A stretch of 32,000 nucleotides of DNA from Candidatus Odinarchaeota archaeon. Its GTDB lineage: Archaea > Asgardarchaeota > Odinarchaeia > Odinarchaeales > Odinarchaeaceae. Positions within the stretch are counted from its first letter, which is position 1, and each line of letters starts with the position of its first letter. The stretch spans positions 1 to 32,000 of the forward strand of contig JAWBON010000001.1 in assembly GCA_038826135.1 (NCBI GenBank). The letters are read 5' to 3'. The notes under the pieces are model-generated. The model had not been told where the DNA came from. It searched no databases and saw only the letters and a program-made list of their open reading frames with translations. A program made the translations under genes and the position numbers. Of the stretch, positions 1 through 8,903 are shown piece by piece.

Positions 1-386
1 TTAACACATTGAGGGTCCCCTTTACAGAAATCGCATTTAAATGAAACTTTTCTCTCAAGATTTTTCCAGGGAACTGAGATCGGGCACATAATATTGCAGC
101 TTCTGCACCCTATACACTTATTTTGATCTATGTTAACTATTCCATCCTCACCTTTACTTATAGCGTCAACAGGACACGCTGATTTACATATAGGATCCTC
201 GCAATGAGAGCAGTGTATACCTATATAGTAAAATGGTCTCTGCGGGTCAGGGTAAATCCATAAATTAGATAATTCGTAATCTAATACTTTGAAATGCTCG
301 TATGAGCAGGCTAACATACAATAAGTGCAACCGCTGCACAGCTCAGGGTCATAAAACAGAACCTTCTGCTCATCGGTTTCAGGCAT
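1..386 (-). CDS. 4Fe-4S multicluster electron-transfer protein (DmsB/HydN/CooF-like), 3' end runs off the window
   Basis: Manual translation from ATG at 386: MPETDEQKVLFYDPELCSGCTYCMLAC...HCSHCEDPICKSACP...CIGCRSCNIMCP...KCDFCKGDPQCV. These are four ferredoxin-type Cys motifs. The ORF is absent from the track because no stop falls inside the window. Confidence 0.9.
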   Translation of the reverse strand, partial: MPETDEQKVLFYDPELCSGCTYCMLACSYEHFKVLDYELSNLWIYPDPQRPFYYIGIHCSHCEDPICKSACPVDAISKGEDGIVNIDQNKCIGCRSCNIMCPISVPWKNLERKVSFKCDFCKGDPQCV

Positions 387-603
387 GTTTAATCCCCAGT
401 AATTATATAGAGAATCATTAACCCGATTTATTTAAAAGTTTAACGGTAAACTTTAGAAACAGATACTCTATTAACAGCATTAAATTTTTTAATAGTTTTT
501 TAAAAAGGCTAAAAATTTAAGATTAAAACCTTTATATCCTTTGAATAAAATAGTATTAAATAATAATTAAACCTAGATATCTAGGGGAGTTTGGGGTGGT
601 GGC

Positions 604-1080
604 TTGGGTTTAATAGCGAGGCTTAAAGCATTTTTTAGACGGAGATCCTCTAAAACTCCACAAGCTAAGACTTTACCTGAAAAAACTAAGCCGGTCTCTG
701 AGATTAAAAGGGAAGCAGGAACAATAAAACCTGTTCAAATCAATAAAGATGTGAGTGTGGGAGAAGAAGTCAAGCCTGTTTCAGCCTGTGAACCTAAAGT
801 ATTAGAGGAGAAGCCGCCTCTGATTACACCGCTTAAAATTGAGCCTGAAGCTAAAAGTGAAATCCAAATATTATACGATGAATATGAGCGTCTCAGTAAG
901 GAAAAGGACAGTGTTAGACAGGAAATGGTTGAGCTTGATAAGAAACTATCTGCTGGGGAGCTTAAGCCTGCGGAGAGGGATAGGTTATTCCGGGAAAAAA
1001 TGGTTAAAGTTGTTGGGATAGCGCAGCGCATTCTTGAAATAAGAGCCCGGTGCGCTGAGCTTGGTAAACCTATTGAATAG
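604..1080 (+). CDS. Hypothetical protein: N-terminal basic amphipathic helix, Pro/Lys/Glu-rich linker, C-terminal helical hairpin
   Basis: 158-aa ORF with TTG start after a purine-rich GGGGAG/GGGGTGG leader. It fills the space between two divergent/convergent genes. Confidence 0.7.
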   Translation: MGLIARLKAFFRRRSSKTPQAKTLPEKTKPVSEIKREAGTIKPVQINKDVSVGEEVKPVSACEPKVLEEKPPLITPLKIEPEAKSEIQILYDEYERLSKEKDSVRQEMVELDKKLSAGELKPAERDRLFREKMVKVVGIAQRILEIRARCAELGKPIE

Positions 1081-1119
1081 TGATGCGAAACCAATTTTTA
1101 TAATTAATTCTTTCCAGAT

Positions 1120-1156
1120 CCTTTCTAGTGTTTTCAACATTTTACAACTAGAAAGG
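1120..1156. terminator. 10-bp perfect inverted repeat between convergent genes, possible terminator hairpin
   Basis: cctttctagt (1120-1129) and actagaaagg (1147-1156) are reverse complements, with a 17-nt loop and T/A-rich flanks. Confidence 0.45.
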
Positions 1157-1223
1157 CTAGATTTATTCATTTAACCGTGTTGTAAAAATTTGAATTATAG
1201 TTTATGAAATTTTTTTTAAACGG

Positions 1224-3131
1224 TTACATTTTAGGTGGAATATCTATGCCAAGTAGATCTGTTAAACCTATTTTCAAACTTTGAGCTACTGCTTTTATAA
1301 GATTTAATCTAGCACTACGTAACGCATCGTTTTCAGCTTTCAGAACAGGTAGTTTATGATAGAACATATTAAATTTATTCGCTAGTGAAAGACAGTAGTG
1401 CGGTATTAGATGATACTGGTATGTTTCCGCAGCCTCTTTTATTGTGGACGGGAATTTTGACAGTGTACGGATAAGGTCTATTTCAGTTTCATCTGTTAAC
1501 AGTGAATAGTCCGCCTCCCCTATCCTGTCAACCTTACTTAGTATACTGTTTATTCTCACTATTGTGTACTGTATATAGGGGGCGGAGTCTCCTTCAAAAT
1601 TGATCGCTTCCCTCCAATCTATTATAATCTTCTTCTCAGAACTGTATTTTGCAAGATAGAATTTGACAGCTCCTGAAGCTATGATTTCAGCTATCCTCTT
1701 TTTAACTTCAGGCTTCATCTCAGGGTTTCTCTTTTCAACTTCATCTAAGGCTAGTGTGAAAGCCTTATCTAAAACAGCGTCGGCGTGAAAACCTATCCAT
1801 GTGCCTTTCCTACCGGAGAACGCTACCTGTTCAGGCAGCCAAACCCATTGAAAAGATAGGTGATAAGAGTTAAGGTAAGCCTCCTCGTAGCCCATTATTT
1901 TAAGGGCTTGGTATACTACTTGCTGGGGTAGTGTCTGCTCGTATCCTATCACATTTATTACTTTATTAGCGTGGCCGAATCTCGGATCAGGCTGGCCTTC
2001 CTGAGAGGTCTCCATTAATACTGTACCGTTTTTCTGTGTACCGAATGTTCTAAATTTCAGATCCGCTTCAGCTAAACCGAACTTCCACATTTGAAGAGCT
2101 ATGTCTTTACCAGTGTATGTGCTGACACCGTCTGATCTAACCAGTATCTTATAGCTTTTCTTTAGAGACTGGTATGGTTCTCCAAGCGGAGACATATCTA
2201 TAACTATGCAATTAGCATCCTCCCCCTCTGTAAGTTTGAAAACATGCGGTGAACTCAACATTTTATTAAGCGCTTCCCTGAATAATCCGGATCTGACTAT
2301 ATCCTTCTCCCATATTAAAAGATCATAAAATATATTCATCCTAGCCGCTGTTTCAAGATGTCCGTGAACCGCCTGGTATACTAGTTTCTGCACTAAACTA
2401 GCGTATTCATTACCACCTTCCTCCATTTTCTTCAAGATGTGTTTAACGTTTTCCTCGATTTTAGGATTCTCCTCAGCTCTCTGAGCGGCTGCTGTGTATA
2501 TTAAACCAAGCCAGTAATCGTCTTTATAATCCGGTTTCCTTTCAACTTCGCCTCGTAGATTCTCATACCCCCACGCTAATACAGCTACTTGACGGCCTAA
2601 ATCATCCATATAATTTTGAACCTCTACATTATATCCTACTTTCCTCAGAAGACGCGCAATGACATCTCCTAAAACAGCGCATCTCATTGTACCTAGGTGA
2701 ATAGGTTTAGTGGGGTTAGCGCTAGTATGTTCTACAATAACTTTTTTACCGAAACCTATATTATTATCTCCGTAACCGTCACCCTCCTTCAAAATAGTGT
2801 CTAAGACTAGTTTCGAGAAATCAGACCAATTTATATAGAAGTTCAAGTAACCCGGTCTCGCAACCTCGACTCTGTCAATGAATTTACGCGGGTGTGCGGT
2901 GTAATCCTCTAATATTTTAGAAGCTATTTTCATAGGCGGGGTTTTTAATATTTTAGCCGTTTGAAAGGCTATTGTTGAAGATAAGTCTCCGAGTTTACTA
3001 TCCGGCGGAACCTCTAGGAACAGATTGAAATCTTTATCAGGTTTCGGCCAGTTATTATTTTTAAAAGTGTTCTCTAATAATTCTTCAACACTTTTCTTGA
3101 AAACACTCCACGGGTCGATCAATAAAACCAC
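1224..3131 (-). CDS. argS: Arginine--tRNA ligase
   Basis: N-terminal PPDSKLGDLSS and GYLNF, VEHTSANPTKPIHLG (HIGH region), DDLGRQ, RSDGVSTYTGKDIA, FSGRKG, FEGDSAPYIQY and a C-terminal DALR-type domain (ALRSARL). Confidence 0.97.
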   Translation of the reverse strand: MVLLIDPWSVFKKSVEELLENTFKNNNWPKPDKDFNLFLEVPPDSKLGDLSSTIAFQTAKILKTPPMKIASKILEDYTAHPRKFIDRVEVARPGYLNFYINWSDFSKLVLDTILKEGDGYGDNNIGFGKKVIVEHTSANPTKPIHLGTMRCAVLGDVIARLLRKVGYNVEVQNYMDDLGRQVAVLAWGYENLRGEVERKPDYKDDYWLGLIYTAAAQRAEENPKIEENVKHILKKMEEGGNEYASLVQKLVYQAVHGHLETAARMNIFYDLLIWEKDIVRSGLFREALNKMLSSPHVFKLTEGEDANCIVIDMSPLGEPYQSLKKSYKILVRSDGVSTYTGKDIALQMWKFGLAEADLKFRTFGTQKNGTVLMETSQEGQPDPRFGHANKVINVIGYEQTLPQQVVYQALKIMGYEEAYLNSYHLSFQWVWLPEQVAFSGRKGTWIGFHADAVLDKAFTLALDEVEKRNPEMKPEVKKRIAEIIASGAVKFYLAKYSSEKKIIIDWREAINFEGDSAPYIQYTIVRINSILSKVDRIGEADYSLLTDETEIDLIRTLSKFPSTIKEAAETYQYHLIPHYCLSLANKFNMFYHKLPVLKAENDALRSARLNLIKAVAQSLKIGLTDLLGIDIPPKM

Positions 3132-3322
3132 CGTTAAAGTTCAGCTTAAACACAGCATAACTATCCTACACGTAATCCTATTTAAATAATTTATAGCCGC
3201 TTTTATGCTTGAATCATTTATCAGACCTATCTTAAAACAATTAAATTTATTTATTAATAAAATTTTTAAGGAAGAATCTACATATTCACGTTACAATTTA
3301 GTATTTATAGGAGGAGTAATAA

Positions 3323-3751
3323 ATGGTTAAAATCGACAAGTTTGAACTACCAGACGACCTATACTATAATGACGATCACATATGGGTTAAGATCGAGGGT
3401 GGAAAGGCGAGAATGGGGCTTAACGACTTCGGTCAGCATATCGCTGGAAAAATTCTTTTCGCAAGAACTAGACCTGAAGGTAAAGATGTTCAAGCTGGTA
3501 AAAGCTTTGTTTCAATCGAGACTGGTAAGTGGGTGGGGTCGTTGAAATCCCCTCTTACAGGTGTTATATTACAGGTTAACCCTGCTTTGAAGAGTAAACC
3601 GAGTTTAATCAACGAATCACCGTATAATGAGGGCTGGTTGGTTGTAATCCAACCGTCTAACTTAGAGGCTGAGCTTAAGACACTTCACCATTCACCTGAA
3701 GATGTTAAAAGCTGGATGGAGAAAGAGATCAAGGAGAAGCTTAAACAGTAA
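3323..3751 (+). CDS. gcvH: Glycine cleavage H-protein family lipoyl carrier (LbpA-like variant)
   Basis: LYYNDDHIW, SIETGKWVG (lipoyl Lys69), SPLTG, VN..L...P.LINESPYNEGW. GGAG RBS upstream. Confidence 0.85.
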   Translation: MVKIDKFELPDDLYYNDDHIWVKIEGGKARMGLNDFGQHIAGKILFARTRPEGKDVQAGKSFVSIETGKWVGSLKSPLTGVILQVNPALKSKPSLINESPYNEGWLVVIQPSNLEAELKTLHHSPEDVKSWMEKEIKEKLKQ

Positions 3752-3779
3752 AACTCATACAATATCCACTAATTTTTGT

Positions 3780-5093
3780 TTAGTAATCGGTTAAAAGCTT
3801 TTGACCGATAACCTTATCTTCTTTTTCCGATTCTTCAACCTGTTTTCTAGCACCTATATTTAATTTACCGTAGACTCCGTCATGACCGGGTGGGTCGAAG
3901 TAGAATTCTCCTTTTCTCACCGAGCATATGTTTAACGCTAACTGTTCGTCAATATATTTTTTAAGTGAAGAGCAGTCTAAGCTTTCATTTAAAAGCAGAT
4001 CATACTCTGACCCGTACACTTCTATAAGCCTTTTATAAACCTCTATTACCTTATTAGACCAAGGTGACGTGATATTATAAGTGTAGGCGATCACTTCCGT
4101 TAACGGGAGAAGATATTTAAACGGCTTAGCTCCCTCGCGTTTAAATCCGAGCGGTCTATCTGAAAGCTTTATAACCCTGCTTAGCACCCCTCTGGTGATC
4201 TTTCTATGACAGATAGGACAGTTTTTAAGCCGCTCTGTAACGGAGGGGTGAGCGTAGAAATCCTCTTTATTTTTATGATGGTCGGGCCGGCACCCGTCAT
4301 AATTGTATTTACCCTCCTCCGGTCGGAATTCAATAGTCATCTTCAACCGTTCGTCATTCGTTCTAAGAGCCTCTATAACCTCCTTATATGATGGTTTTTT
4401 AAGGTTAAATACTGTAGCCTCTCGCCCAAGCCTGTGAGGGTAGAAACTATGCAAATCACTGCATGAAATAATTGAGAAGTTATCAAGCCAGGATATTGAG
4501 TGAATATATGTGGGATCCGCGCTTAACCCTGTTTCCAAGCAGTGTATTTCAGAAAACCTGTCTTTATAACAGTCCTTAATATTATCATAACCGTTAAACG
4601 TGCCTAGTAAACCATACCATGGTGTGAATATATGCGCTGGTATAATTTCAATTAAATCGTCTACCTCTTTAACAATATCTATGAACTCTGGAACCTGGAG
4701 TTTCAAAGTGGGTCTAGCATCACTTTCCAAACTTCCATAGCGTGACAGCGCTTCATTTATCTGTTTAGCGACTTCAAATGTAGGGGCTAAAATAATGTGG
4801 TGGACTCTTTTACCCCCTTCACCTTCATCACCGATTACAGTGTTAACCTCCGCTTGGAGTATGAAATGAACTTTAACATTATCCTTCTTGAAAACATAGA
4901 TCTGGTTTTCCTCATCGAAGGATAATTTATCTTCAAGCTCTGAAAGCCACTTAGGATATGTGAAATCACCGGTGGCGAGTATTGAAACACCTTTCAACCA
5001 AGCGTAATATGATAGTAATTCGATATCAAGGTTTTTAGAACAGCCGCCTGAATATTTACTATGAATATGCAAGTCGGCTATGAAATCTACCAT
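3780..5093 (-). CDS. Endonuclease Q family (PHP domain plus Zn finger) DNA repair nuclease
   Basis: DLHIHSKYS, TGDFTYP.W, HIFTPWYG, ETGLSAD, SDLHS..PHRLGREA, EEGKY, CPIC and PPGHDGVYGK. The ATG at 5093 (MVDFIADLH) is preferred over 5114. Confidence 0.9.
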   Translation of the reverse strand: MVDFIADLHIHSKYSGGCSKNLDIELLSYYAWLKGVSILATGDFTYPKWLSELEDKLSFDEENQIYVFKKDNVKVHFILQAEVNTVIGDEGEGGKRVHHIILAPTFEVAKQINEALSRYGSLESDARPTLKLQVPEFIDIVKEVDDLIEIIPAHIFTPWYGLLGTFNGYDNIKDCYKDRFSEIHCLETGLSADPTYIHSISWLDNFSIISCSDLHSFYPHRLGREATVFNLKKPSYKEVIEALRTNDERLKMTIEFRPEEGKYNYDGCRPDHHKNKEDFYAHPSVTERLKNCPICHRKITRGVLSRVIKLSDRPLGFKREGAKPFKYLLPLTEVIAYTYNITSPWSNKVIEVYKRLIEVYGSEYDLLLNESLDCSSLKKYIDEQLALNICSVRKGEFYFDPPGHDGVYGKLNIGARKQVEESEKEDKVIGQKLLTDY

Positions 5094-5149
5094 AAAAGGA
5101 TTGAAATGAAACACATTATTAAAACTTTATTATAGCCGGCTTACATTTT

Positions 5150-5740
5150 TTAACATTTAACTTTACTAGTTATCTTCTGATAATGTTTAAGGACAGCCTC
5201 CCTGCATATTTGAATAAAAGCTCTTCTAACATTTTCACCTGTAACTGCAACTGTTTCATATATTATTGAGGCTGGGAAACCATACCCGGCTAGTATCTCC
5301 TTAACTTTCTCCTTTGATATAGCGTTCGGTAGATCTCTTTTATTAAGCATTACTATGAAAGGTATCTCCGTCCCAACTAAACCGTTTAAAAACTCTTTAA
5401 GCTCATCCAGGCTCCAAATGTTTTCCTCTAATTGATCGGGGGAAGAATCCCATACAAAAACCAGGCCGTCAACACCTTGTAAAATAACTTTTCGCTGGTA
5501 CTTGTGTCTTTTCTGCCCCGCCACAGTCCATATCTGGAATTTAACACCTGCAACACCCGCAGTCATCCTATCGAAGAATAGTGTTCGACCTGTTGGATCA
5601 GTTATGCTTTGAAGGTTTCCATCCACTAAATTTCCCTCGTTTGCGTGCAGCCATTTTACAGACGTGGTTTTACCGCCGAGGCTGGGACCCCAATAGACGA
5701 GTTTGAATACTAATCTTCCATCCTGATCTCGTGAAGGCAT
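5150..5740 (-). CDS. mglA: MglA-type small Ras-superfamily GTPase
   Basis: KLVYWGPSLGGKTT (P-loop), GRTLFFD (MglA switch I with intrinsic Arg), TVAGQ in place of DxxGQ, VDGLVFVWDS, NKRDLPNA and ETVAVTGENV. Confidence 0.85.
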   Translation of the reverse strand: MPSRDQDGRLVFKLVYWGPSLGGKTTSVKWLHANEGNLVDGNLQSITDPTGRTLFFDRMTAGVAGVKFQIWTVAGQKRHKYQRKVILQGVDGLVFVWDSSPDQLEENIWSLDELKEFLNGLVGTEIPFIVMLNKRDLPNAISKEKVKEILAGYGFPASIIYETVAVTGENVRRAFIQICREAVLKHYQKITSKVKC

Positions 5741-5872
5741 TCATTATCACTTTGTAATAGTTTTTTGTATCATTATTATAAAAAATTATATTAAATTTTT
5801 CATTTAAAAACCTAATTTCAATAAAATAAACGTTTTCTAGACTTTGAATTAAAAATACCGTGTCTAACCATA

Positions 5873-5888
5873 GAAAGTTTTTTAAATA
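5873..5888 (+). promoter_or_regulatory. BRE-TATA promoter of the antiporter-arm operon
   Basis: GAAAG followed by TTTTTTAAATA, about 50 nt upstream of the ATG at 5941. This fits the archaeal consensus. Confidence 0.5.
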
Positions 5889-5940
5889 CCTAGTTATCTA
5901 TTTGCTTTTTGTTAAATCAAGGATGAGTGGAGTGTAAAAT

Positions 5941-6198
5941 ATGTTAGATTTCATATTACACTTTACGATGATCGCGGCTATGATAATATTCGCCGTAATC
6001 GCTATCGAGCATAAAAATCTTATTTACTGCGCTGTTTCACTTGCCGCTATGAGTGTCTTCCTAGGCATAATATATTTTATTTTAAACGCGCCGTATGTGG
6101 CGGTCTTCCAGCTGGTTATATACGCTGGGGCTGTTACAGTTCTATTTCTAGCAGCTATAAGTCTTGTAACTAAGGCGAAGGGGGATGAAAAGGATTGA
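5941..6198 (+). CDS. NuoJ N-terminal half / MbhD-like membrane subunit
   Basis: Three hydrophobic helices. APYVAVFQLVIYAGAVTVLFL resembles the NuoJ TM3 motif (QxxxYAGA..VLF). Confidence 0.8.
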   Translation: MLDFILHFTMIAAMIIFAVIAIEHKNLIYCAVSLAAMSVFLGIIYFILNAPYVAVFQLVIYAGAVTVLFLAAISLVTKAKGDEKD

Positions 6199-6500
6199 AA
6201 CCATATGATATTGCTTTAAAAGGAGTAGCCGCCGCATTATCAATAATTTTTCTCCTATTTATTTTAATTCAGCTACCGACCATTATTCCATTCCAGTATT
6301 CACCCACAGGAACCTCTTTTGTAATAACTCCTTCAGACAGTCTTCTAGAGTCGATAAGCAATATTTTATGGAATCAAAGAGTGGTTGAAACATTCGGTCA
6401 AGTGATAGTTCTATTCGTAGCAGCAGCTGGAGCGGCTGCATTATTCAGATTAGAGAAACCGTCCTCTATTGAATCAGAGGCTGAGGAGGAGACGCAATAA
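6195..6500 (+). CDS. NuoJ C-terminal half / MbhE-MnhB-like membrane subunit
   Basis: TTG start overlaps the upstream TGA. LWNQRVVETFGQVIVLF resembles the MbhE/MnhB motif (R.xDT.GE..VL). Two TM helices. Confidence 0.7.
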   Translation: MKPYDIALKGVAAALSIIFLLFILIQLPTIIPFQYSPTGTSFVITPSDSLLESISNILWNQRVVETFGQVIVLFVAAAGAAALFRLEKPSSIESEAEEETQ

Positions 6501-6820
6501 TGCTTCCGTTAAATTTGCTATGGTGGTATTTAGGCGCTGCAGCAGCCCTGTACATTATAGGGCTTTACGCTCTCGTTTCAACGAGAAATATGATTAAGAC
6601 AGTTATCGCGATAGAGATACTGATAGATGGGGCTCATCTTAACTTTATAGCGTTCGCTGCAACTCCGACAGGGGGAGTTGATCCTATAGCTCACAGCATA
6701 GTGATAACAAGTATAATAATAGGCGGCTGTATAGCAGCTATCGCTCTCTCACTAGCTATAAACGCATACAAGCATTACGGAACTATAGACGTCAAGAAAC
6801 TGAGGAGATTAAGGGAGTAA
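6500..6820 (+). CDS. nuoK: NuoK/MnhC-family subunit
   Basis: IIGLYALVSTRNMIKTVIAIEIL with the conserved TM2 Glu. Three TM helices, YKHYGTIDV tail, and a start coupled to the upstream stop (TAATG). Confidence 0.85.
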   Translation: MLPLNLLWWYLGAAAALYIIGLYALVSTRNMIKTVIAIEILIDGAHLNFIAFAATPTGGVDPIAHSIVITSIIIGGCIAAIALSLAINAYKHYGTIDVKKLRRLRE

Positions 6821-6835
6821 ATAGGAGGGTATGGA

Positions 6836-8890
6836 ATGTTACCGTTCGCACCATGGTTATGGGTTATACCAATGATCGGGGCGGTTTTAATCCCGATTGT
6901 CAACAGGATAAGTGGAGCTGCCCGAGACTATTTCGCCATCGCAGTCGGTGGGTTAACTATGATTTTCGCCATCTCCATAATCCCGGATATCGTAAACGGT
7001 TATGACTGGCTTACAGGCGTTGCTTTAACAGACTTCCCAACCACAGGCGCCCACGGAGACTGGGTTATCCCTTGGATCTCAGGCTTCTTAAATATGGGTG
7101 TTTTAGTAGACCCGTTATCTGTTTTCATGGCTAACATCGCATCCGGGATAGGCTTCCTCATACTAGTCTACTCTCTAGGATACATGCATCATGAAACCGA
7201 TAAGATGAGATACTGGTTTTTCATGCTCTTCTTCATAGGTGGTATGGATCTCCTTGTATTAGCTGATAATCTTTTAATGACGTTCATAGGTTGGGAGATT
7301 GTAGGCTTATGCAGCTATGCGTTAATAGGATTCTGGCATAAGAAAACAGGGCCAAGCCCTGATCCCCGCTATAAGAATGAAGGCGAGTATAATGCAGCCT
7401 GCGGTATGAAAGCATTCATAACCACCAGGGTGGGGGATGTAGCGTTACTGATAGGTATAATCATAATATTCACGTTCGCCGGCACATTCAATTATTTAGA
7501 GCTGGCGGAAGGTGGTTTCGGCTGGGTTGTAGCATTAGCTAATGGGGGTCTATTACTCCCAGCCTTAATACTATTATTCGGCGGCCCTGTAGGGAAATCC
7601 GCTCAATTTCCATTGCATGTTTGGCTTCCTGAAGCTATGGCGGGTCCAACTACAGTCAGCGCTTTAATTCACGCAGCTGCCATGGTTAAAGCCGGGGTTT
7701 ATTTAGTGGCTAGAGTTCTACCAATAGTTCATGAAGCATACGTTGTTTTAGGATACACGGAGATTGTAACCTTCTTCCAGATCGTCTCATGGGTTGGAAT
7801 AGGGACGGCTTTCCTGGCGGCTACAATAGGTATTGTTAAAAAAGAGATAAAGCAGGTGCTAGCGTATTCTACAATAAGCCAGCTCGGATACATGTTCGCA
7901 GCTTTAGGTGTAGCTGGAACTGTGATCGAATCCGCGGCAGGTTACATAGCTGGTACATTCCATCTTGTAGCTCACGCTATATTTAAAGCACTACTCTTCT
8001 TAGCAGCTGGTAGCGTGTTGCACTCAACAAACACTAAGAGCATGTTCGAAATGGGTGGGATACGGAAGGATATGCCTTGGACGTACCGGACTATGCTAGT
8101 TGGAGTACTCTCCTTATCCGGGATACCTTTCATATTCGCTGGCGGTTGGAGTAAGGAAGCGATTTTAACAGCTGCTCTTCAAGCCGGTAACACGCTTTTA
8201 TTCGCTATAGCGGCTATAACAGCTGCTATAACAGTCTTTTACAGTTTCAGAATGCTCGGCATAACATTCTTCGGCAGTAAAAGCAGCTATTTACAGGAAA
8301 TGGAGAAGAAAGGTCATCACGTTCACGAATCCCCTAAAGTTATGATTATACCGTTAATAATACTAGCCGCGGGCACGGTGATAATAGGTATACTTTCAAT
8401 ACCGGACTTTTTCGGAGTTCCAGGATGGGAGGGAGCGTTCACCATATTCTTCGAGGAGTTGATAGGTCATCATACAACTACAGGTATACCGGCCACTAAC
8501 CCGCTTGTTCTTACCGCTCTCGGCACAAGTATCGCTATGATACTTATCGGATTCATTCCAGCATACTTACTATACATTAGAAGGGATGGGAAACAGGATA
8601 CACCCACATTTAAACCGATCTACACGTTTCTTATGAACAGATGGTATATTAACGCATTCTACTACGCGTTCTTCGTAGACGGCTTTATATGGGCTGCTAG
8701 AGGCGCATACAAGTACATAGAGGAGGCTGGTATAGATCGCTTCAACGATGTTCTAGTGAACGGCACTCGCGGATTCACTGAAAGATTCAGGAAGACTCAT
8801 ACAGGCATACTCAGCATTAACATGCTCGGCGTGCTTATAGGAATATTAGTTATGGCCGCGGCTGCTTTAGCCGTTCTACTGCTGATTTAG
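6836..8890 (+). CDS. nuoL: NuoL/MrpA-like antiporter subunit with C-terminal lateral helix
   Basis: VDPLS, GWEIVGLCSYALIGFW, TRVGD, GKSAQFPLHVWLPEAMAGPTTVSALIHAA, LAYSTISQLGYM, FKALLFL, SKEAIL and a long C-terminal extension (NRWYINAFY...THTG). Confidence 0.92.
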   Translation: MLPFAPWLWVIPMIGAVLIPIVNRISGAARDYFAIAVGGLTMIFAISIIPDIVNGYDWLTGVALTDFPTTGAHGDWVIPWISGFLNMGVLVDPLSVFMANIASGIGFLILVYSLGYMHHETDKMRYWFFMLFFIGGMDLLVLADNLLMTFIGWEIVGLCSYALIGFWHKKTGPSPDPRYKNEGEYNAACGMKAFITTRVGDVALLIGIIIIFTFAGTFNYLELAEGGFGWVVALANGGLLLPALILLFGGPVGKSAQFPLHVWLPEAMAGPTTVSALIHAAAMVKAGVYLVARVLPIVHEAYVVLGYTEIVTFFQIVSWVGIGTAFLAATIGIVKKEIKQVLAYSTISQLGYMFAALGVAGTVIESAAGYIAGTFHLVAHAIFKALLFLAAGSVLHSTNTKSMFEMGGIRKDMPWTYRTMLVGVLSLSGIPFIFAGGWSKEAILTAALQAGNTLLFAIAAITAAITVFYSFRMLGITFFGSKSSYLQEMEKKGHHVHESPKVMIIPLIILAAGTVIIGILSIPDFFGVPGWEGAFTIFFEELIGHHTTTGIPATNPLVLTALGTSIAMILIGFIPAYLLYIRRDGKQDTPTFKPIYTFLMNRWYINAFYYAFFVDGFIWAARGAYKYIEEAGIDRFNDVLVNGTRGFTERFRKTHTGILSINMLGVLIGILVMAAAALAVLLLI

Positions 8891-8903
8891 GAGGATATTG
8901 AAT

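Noticed and set aside
735-1170. ORFs 735-1094(-), 839-1021(+) and 985-1170(-)
   Set aside because: Shadow frames of the 604-1080 gene with no motifs or RBS.
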